Below, in pieces: positions 57,705 through 64,000 of a DNA stretch of 64,000 nt (its first letter is position 1; each line of letters starts with the position of its first letter). The translations under genes and the position numbers were made by a program. Source of the stretch: Monocercomonoides exilis PA203 (taxonomy: Eukaryota > Protista > Preaxostyla); the NCBI GenBank assembly GCA_001643675.2, contig LSRY02000038.1, positions 434,001-498,000 of the forward strand, in the 5' to 3' direction. The notes beneath the pieces are model-generated. The model ran no database searches. It was not told the DNA's origin and worked only from the letters and a program-made list of their open reading frames with translations.

Positions 57705-58030
57705 AATTAATTTTTTGGAAAAATATTTCCTTGAAGTTGAAAAAGAAATTGGAAAATTTAGACTGTCAAATTGTGAAATTACAAAAACACCGAGAAACAA
57801 AACATGGAACAATTGTTCTTTCCAATTAAAATTTTGAAAATGTTTATATAAGTAATTATTTTCGAAAACATATTTTTTCTATCAATGATTTCGGTCTGAA
57901 TATTTGTTTTGAATCCTTTCAAATGAACACAAAAGAGTGACAACTCCTATTTAAATCATATCTCTCTTTCTTTTTCATCAAATATTGGCTTTTGAAACAA
58001 TTGAAATGATTATTATATTTCAACAATATA

Positions 58031-59321
58031 CACCAAAAATAATTTTATTTCGAAAAAAATAATTCAAAATCGAAAATAAATAATTCGAATTCGGAAATTA
58101 ATAATTCAATTTCGTAATTTATTAATTCGATTTCGAAAAAGAATAATTCAATTTCGAAAATGAATACTTCAATTTCGAAATTCATTAAAAACCGAAAATA
58201 TAAATACAGTTCAAACCGGAAATAATCACGTCGAACATAATCAACATCGTTTATTGTTACATTTTTCGATGCACCGACATTTTTTGCTGGTTTTACATTG
58301 ATTTCTCATCGCATTTAATCACAGGGCAGAAAATATATAATCACGTTTTTTATTATTGTGCGTGATTTTTTCATTGAAAAATCGATTTTTTGATTATTCA
58401 AAATTATGTTAAATAAGTCCAAATAATATGCATTTATGCAAAAAATTATTTTTTCTATTGAAAAATGTGTTTTAATGAAGAATTTCCAAAAATAAAATTA
58501 TCGACACAAAATTGATTATTTCAAAAATTATTTTTTATTTTTTTCTGTGTTAAGCTTCATCGTGTATAATCACAATCGGATATAGTCACAAAATGTAGTG
58601 CAAAAACCGATGTGATTATATCCGAATTAGACTGTATATCTCGAGAATGGATTTCAGAAAATTTCAAGTTGTTTTTTAATTAATCAAATATAATTGCTCA
58701 AATAACATATTTTTTTACATAAATATGAATCAAATCAATTTTTTGAATTTTTTTTTTATTTTCGAAAATCATCACTGAAATGATTGAAATTTCAAAAAAA
58801 TTCGTTCTATTGAATAACAAAATAAATATTGATAAAATTTAATCACGATTATTGAAAAAGAAAAAAAAAAAAGAATTTTATAACCAATAGAAAAATTATT
58901 TTATCTTCTGTTAAAATATCAAAATCATCAATTTTTTATATGAAAATGAATTCATTTTTTTTCAAATAAACTTCACTCAATAATACTTCATTCAAAATGA
59001 ATGAAAATTATTTGAAGAAAATGCATAATTTTTCAAATATTGATAATCAAAATTTGCTGATGAGATAAAAATTTAAAGAATTAAAAACCCCAAACACAAG
59101 TTTTTCATTCCACAAAACAAAAAAATTCACGTTTCGAAATTGAATTATTTTTTTTCGATTTTGAATTATTAATTCCGAAATCGAATTATTTTTTTTCGAA
59201 TACGAATTATTAATTCCAAATTTGAATTATTCTTTTTCGAAACTGAAATATTAATTACGAAATTGAATTATTTTTTTTTGATTTTGAATTATTTTTATTC
59301 GAAATAGAATTATTTTTGGTG
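58031..59321. mobile_element. Foldback-type element (CACCAAAAA termini, ~21-bp-repeat TIRs), second member; carries a nested MITE
   Basis: TA|CACCAAAAATAAT..(TCGAAAA..ATAATTC)n and inverted (GAATTAT..TTCGA)n..TTTTTGGTG|TA. Confidence 0.82.
58207..58634. mobile_element. Tc1/mariner-type MITE (CAGT..ACTG), copy B, nested in the foldback element
   Basis: TA|CAGTTCAAACCGGAAATAATCAC...GTGATTATATCCGAATTAGACTG|TA. Confidence 0.87.
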
Positions 59322-59519
59322 TATTTATTGTTTTTGATATTGAATTATCATAATAATAATCACCCCTAAAAAAGATATGATTTCAAATATGATCATCCAT
59401 ATCATTGTGTTTTTCTAAATGTCAAGCGAATGATCATCCTCGAAAAAAATGTATTTCTTTCAAGACTTTCATTAGAAGTTGTTGGATAATTTTCATGGAT
59501 TTCTTACACTCTTGTTGAT

Positions 59520-60853
59520 GAAACTTGCTTGCCAAAAAAGAATTGCCATATGTTCGATTTGTACCCGATTTCGAAAGAAGGTTTTCTCGCAGAGTGTCAG
59601 GTCGAAGAAATTTCTCAATCATTGTGAATTATTAATGTGAACTTTTGTAACACTCAATCATTGTTCGATTCAAGAAAATATATGATCCCATATAGAATTT
59701 TTAAAATTCTGCATGGAATTCAATGTTAGATCGTCCAACAAGTGTTTCAAAATAATAAAAGCACTTCATTTCCTTGATACGCCAATGCAATTCTTCGTTT
59801 TTGTCGTCATCATCTTAAGAAATGAATTCGTTTGTTGGATCATTGACCAAAGCTGGACAAAGCAACCCTTCGCTATCATCAACATCAATTTTCCCGTATT
59901 TGACTCGAAAGAAAATCGCACACATGGTTCTTATTGAAAAATCCAGAGTTGTGAAGGAAAAATAATCGGTAATACAAAACAGTGGGGTGTGTGCAATGCT
60001 TGTTGGCACTTCTGTCTGCAAATGTTAGATCATCGTTGTTGCAGTATCAAAACTATCCGTTGATAGAAAGCCACTATTTTTGGGACTATTTCAACCTTGC
60101 GGAACTGTCAATGAGTTCGATTTCCTTATTAACAACCTGATAAATGAATTCAGCAGATTTCACTCAATTATCAGATGTTTTTGCACAGAAGGGTTTTTAA
60201 CTCAAATTGGAGCAATCGAGAATTTATCAATACAAGTGAGCAATGAAAAGACACCTGTTGAAAATCATCCGACATTTATTTTCTTTCATGTTTATTGTTG
60301 TAATCACTTGACAAATTTGGTTATCACCAATTTGTTTTTTAAGATTACATTTCTTTGAGATCTCAAAACAAGAATGCAACATTTTTCTCAAAAAGCCCGT
60401 ACTCAGACATCGATAACATTCTCAAGAAACACGCCCAAACATTTATCACCATAAGATAAAATTCATTGAATGAGACAGCTTCTTTCATTTGAAAGATAAA
60501 TGGAATAATCAGTAACGAACATTTTATTGACACGGATAGCCTTGTGGATATCATCAAGGCAGAAGTGTTCTTATTCCCTTTTCATTTGCTTCATATGAAT
60601 TTTGAAAATGACAACACCAAGTTGAGTCAAGTTTTTCCTGTTTTGTTAAGAGCTTTTGAGTTTTTTTTTCTATATTTTAAATATGGAGCAATTCAAAGAA
60701 GAAAAATGGAGAAACTCAATTGCTAGCTCGCTGATGTTCGAAAATATTTATATTTTATTTTTTGTCTTATTTATAGATACACTTGGTGAGTATATTGAAC
60801 TCGGTTATTACTCTTCATCAACTCAGTTTTTGAATTTTCGAAAACTGAAATGA
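59520..60853 (+). pseudogene. Second decayed hAT-like transposase, related to 51180-53528
   Basis: CFCTEG, HVYCCNHLTNLVI (CxxH) and LHMNFENDNTKLSQVFPVLL (cf. FHLEMENEKTKMGNVFPNVL); many stops. Confidence 0.65.
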
Positions 60854-61024
60854 TATAAATAAATTTCAACACAAATTTTTTGTTAAAAAAAAAGTTTAGA
60901 CAAAAAATAAATATTTTTTTTACGAATTCTTGAATATTAAGATCAACTGAATCATTGTTATATTATCTTTTTGAGCATAGTTTTTTTATAAAAAGGAATT
61001 GTTATATATATATATATATATATA

Positions 61025-61263
61025 GGTGATTCTTTTTGAAAAGTTACAAATGTTTAATTTATAAATAAATCAAAAATTTCATATTTCATAAAAATTTGGT
61101 TAAACTCACAAATCTTCTCAAGAATGTTTGAAATAAAATTATCAAGAAATAGATTCGATTTAAGTCAAGTTTGATATTTGTTGGTAAAATGTCTAGCAAA
61201 ATATAAAATCTTTAAGATTTATTTGAAAATTACACATTTGTGACTTTTCAAAAAGAATCATTC
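61025..61263. mobile_element. Small MITE with ~45-bp TIRs flanked by (TA)n
   Basis: TGATTCTTTTTGAAAAGTTACAAATGTTTAATTT versus AAATTACACATTTGTGACTTTTCAAAAAGAATCA; (TA)n runs on both sides. Confidence 0.75.
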
Positions 61264-63116
61264 ATATATATAGATATATAGGGAAATAAATTTTTTCGAA
61301 AAGTTTTTTTGTTGATTCAAAATTGGATAAGAAGTGATTTTTTTCATCAAATTTTTCTGTTTTGAAAAGAAGATAATGATTGAAGTTTGATTAATTGATT
61401 ATTTAAAAGATAATATTGTATTTCAAAATGTTCTTTTATCCGTCACGATATTGATTATGAAATGAAAAGATACTAATTGTGATAAAAAATTAGGAAAATA
61501 TTTGACAAAAATTTTAAAGAAAATTTACAATAAATAATATTTTGGGAAACAAAATACACAAAAATTTGAAAAAGGAACGAATTATCTCTCAATGAAGTTT
61601 CTTTGCAACATTTAATAAAGTAAATCGAAGTGAAATTATTAGAAAATATAAGAGATCAACTCTTTTTATTGATATCTTTCATTTCAATAATCCGTTCAAT
61701 AACTTTCGATTCTTTATATTAATACTGATGAATCATTTTCGTTAAAGGTGGAAACACAATCAAAAAAAGGATGCAGCATTATTAACAATATTCAATGAAA
61801 CTTTTTAAACATTCAAAAAACAGCATAACCCAGTTTTGATTTGTGCATTTGTGTCGATTGTTTTTCATTTGTTTGGCGTATTTCCACGTTATTAATAGGA
61901 TTTTCTTTTATTTATTAACTCTTTTTGTGATTTCGAATTTTTTTTTTTCAAAATGAAATCAAATATTTCAATATCTGGAAAAAACAAACTTTGCACATAT
62001 TTTTTTTTCTTCTGTCAATATCCCTTTCCATCAATTTGAACTCACGTAATTTTATTTTCGAATTAAGATATCATTTAATTTTCATTCAACAAATGGAATC
62101 ATTTTTTTTTTTATATCATGATAAGGGTGATAATTTTTGATGTCATATTTTTTCTTTCTAAATTTTCTGTTTGAAAAATTTTCTTCAATACGACTTTTGA
62201 ACACAGAAAAATGAGAAGACCTATTAAAAATATCAACATGTTTATTTAAGCTATATCATTCGAATAAAAAACAATAATTATAATTTTTGCATATGTATTC
62301 AAAATTTGTGTCAATGATAAACAACGTTTGAAAAATGAACATCCCGAAAAAAAAAAAAAATGATTTAAATTTTTATCACCCACAGATTTTGTAATTTTTA
62401 TTTGGGTGATTTCAAAGAATAATTTTTCATCAATCAAATAATAATATAGGTTAAAAAAATGAGCTTTGAACATTTTCAAGTTTTGTGCTGAATACAAAAA
62501 AAAGCTGTTTTCAGTCAACATTTTCAAAAAATCTTCTTTGGTATTGGTTTTTCAGTTATATTGCTATTTTTATAAAATATTTCTTTTCCATTTTAGTATT
62601 CATTTTTTTATTCTTATTTAAACCATAAATCTTCTGAGAAAAATAAAAAGTCTTTCAGAGAAACCAAAAAAATGAACTGCTCTTTTGATGAAGTTAGTTC
62701 AGAAATTTTCTGATAAACAATAATAAAATATCTCAATAAGGAAATGTTGAACTTATGAAAGATTGGATTATTATTTGGGTGATTATTTTTGGCATCAGAT
62801 TTTTTCATTCAAAAATTTCGATTCGAAAATCTCACTTGAATATTAACAAAAGAATTGTGAAAAGTGAAAATGCTTGTTTAAGATATTTTCATCTTTTGTT
62901 CTGTTGAAACATTTGTTTTTGAAATGGCTTTGATGAAATTTTTCATAAAAATTCGAAAACACTTCACAATGACAAACAACATGTGAAAATTCTTTATACC
63001 GAAAAAAGTTATGATTTCGAATATATTCACACATTTCTCTAGCAAAATTGTTCGAAGTGTATTTTTCAAAATATTATGTGAATAAATTGAATGTTTGATT
63101 GAATCACTTATGAATT

Positions 63117-63157
<41 letters not shown>

Positions 63158-64000
63158 TAAATTTTAATTTTCATGAAAAACAAAAAATCTTTCATGTATA
63201 AATGATTCCAATATTTTTCCTGAAAACTGTGTTTTACAACTTGTGAGGTTAAAAAATGGTTTGCACAATTATTCAACAACAAAAATATATATCAGAAGAA
63301 TTTTTTGTGAAAATTAAAAACAAGATTGCGCAATCAATATATATTGATCCAATTCAAAAATGACATTTCAAAGATATTAACTCCGACTATTTGAACAATT
63401 TTTTTTTTAACAATTCTTTATTTTCTCTTTCATGAAAACGAAAGTTAAAAGGCAATTTTTTATCAATTAAAAACATAAGCGATTATTCTCTCCACTTTGT
63501 ACATTACCCATGTTGAATTAAACAATATCTTAATGTGAGATGGACCTCCAGGAGAGATATTTTCGAGTATGATTTCTCATTCCAGTTCTGAATTTTCCCA
63601 ACAGATTCCTGGAGCTTCAGAAGCAAAAGAAAGCCATGGCGAGGACAGTTTGCTGTTAGAAAAAAGCTTTTAAACAATATTTCTCTGAGATCCGGATTGC
63701 AGCTTATATGATATGGACTTACCAGAAAGATATTTAGAATATCTTAATATTGATTTGAAGGAAGATGATTCAAGTTCATTTCTGACAAAGGCTCCTCATT
63801 CAGCTTCGAGAATTGAAAATTGGATGAACTGTGTATTAGATAAAGCAGTGCGAGCACATTGAAGCATTTCTGTATCCAACCAAAAAAATGCTGCTTTTCA
63901 CACACGCGAAATTGAAAGAAAAAGATGACGAAAAAGGATCAATTGCAGATGCAATTTTATTTGCTTCAAAAGCGCTGAAGGAAGCAAGATCTGTAAGAAT

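Noticed and set aside
63118-63153. Long poly-A run as a retroposon tail
   Set aside because: No TSD or upstream retro-ORF found; homopolymers are common here.

Overview
Eukaryotic, AT-rich, intron-containing (GT..AG, standard code) genomic DNA from a protist. The poly-Ser/poly-Glu-inflated proteins and short AT-rich introns resemble an oxymonad such as Monocercomonoides (inference only). Positions 1-41 kb are gene-dense: FANCI (minus, runs off the left edge), an NSUN2/Trm4 tRNA m5C methyltransferase, a NEK-like kinase with a long helical tail, a PKA regulatory subunit, an SPRY-like/NPF-repeat protein and a ~4,450-aa THADA/Trm732 homologue. This half also holds a near-intact Merlin (IS1595-like) transposon and a decayed Tc1. 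Positions 41-64 kb have no recognisable intact host gene and are a nested DNA-transposon field. The main items are a 1,740-bp non-coding element with 762-bp inverted arms and an 8-bp TSD inserted into a pogo/Fot-like transposase, a 268-bp MITE family with GGG..CCC ends and 4-bp ANNT TSDs (Sola-like; one copy sits inside another), foldback elements with ~21-bp-repeat TIRs, CAGT..ACTG MITEs, and hAT and Merlin relics. A recurring purine-tract then pyrimidine-tract (poly-E/K then poly-S) module inflates the conserved proteins.
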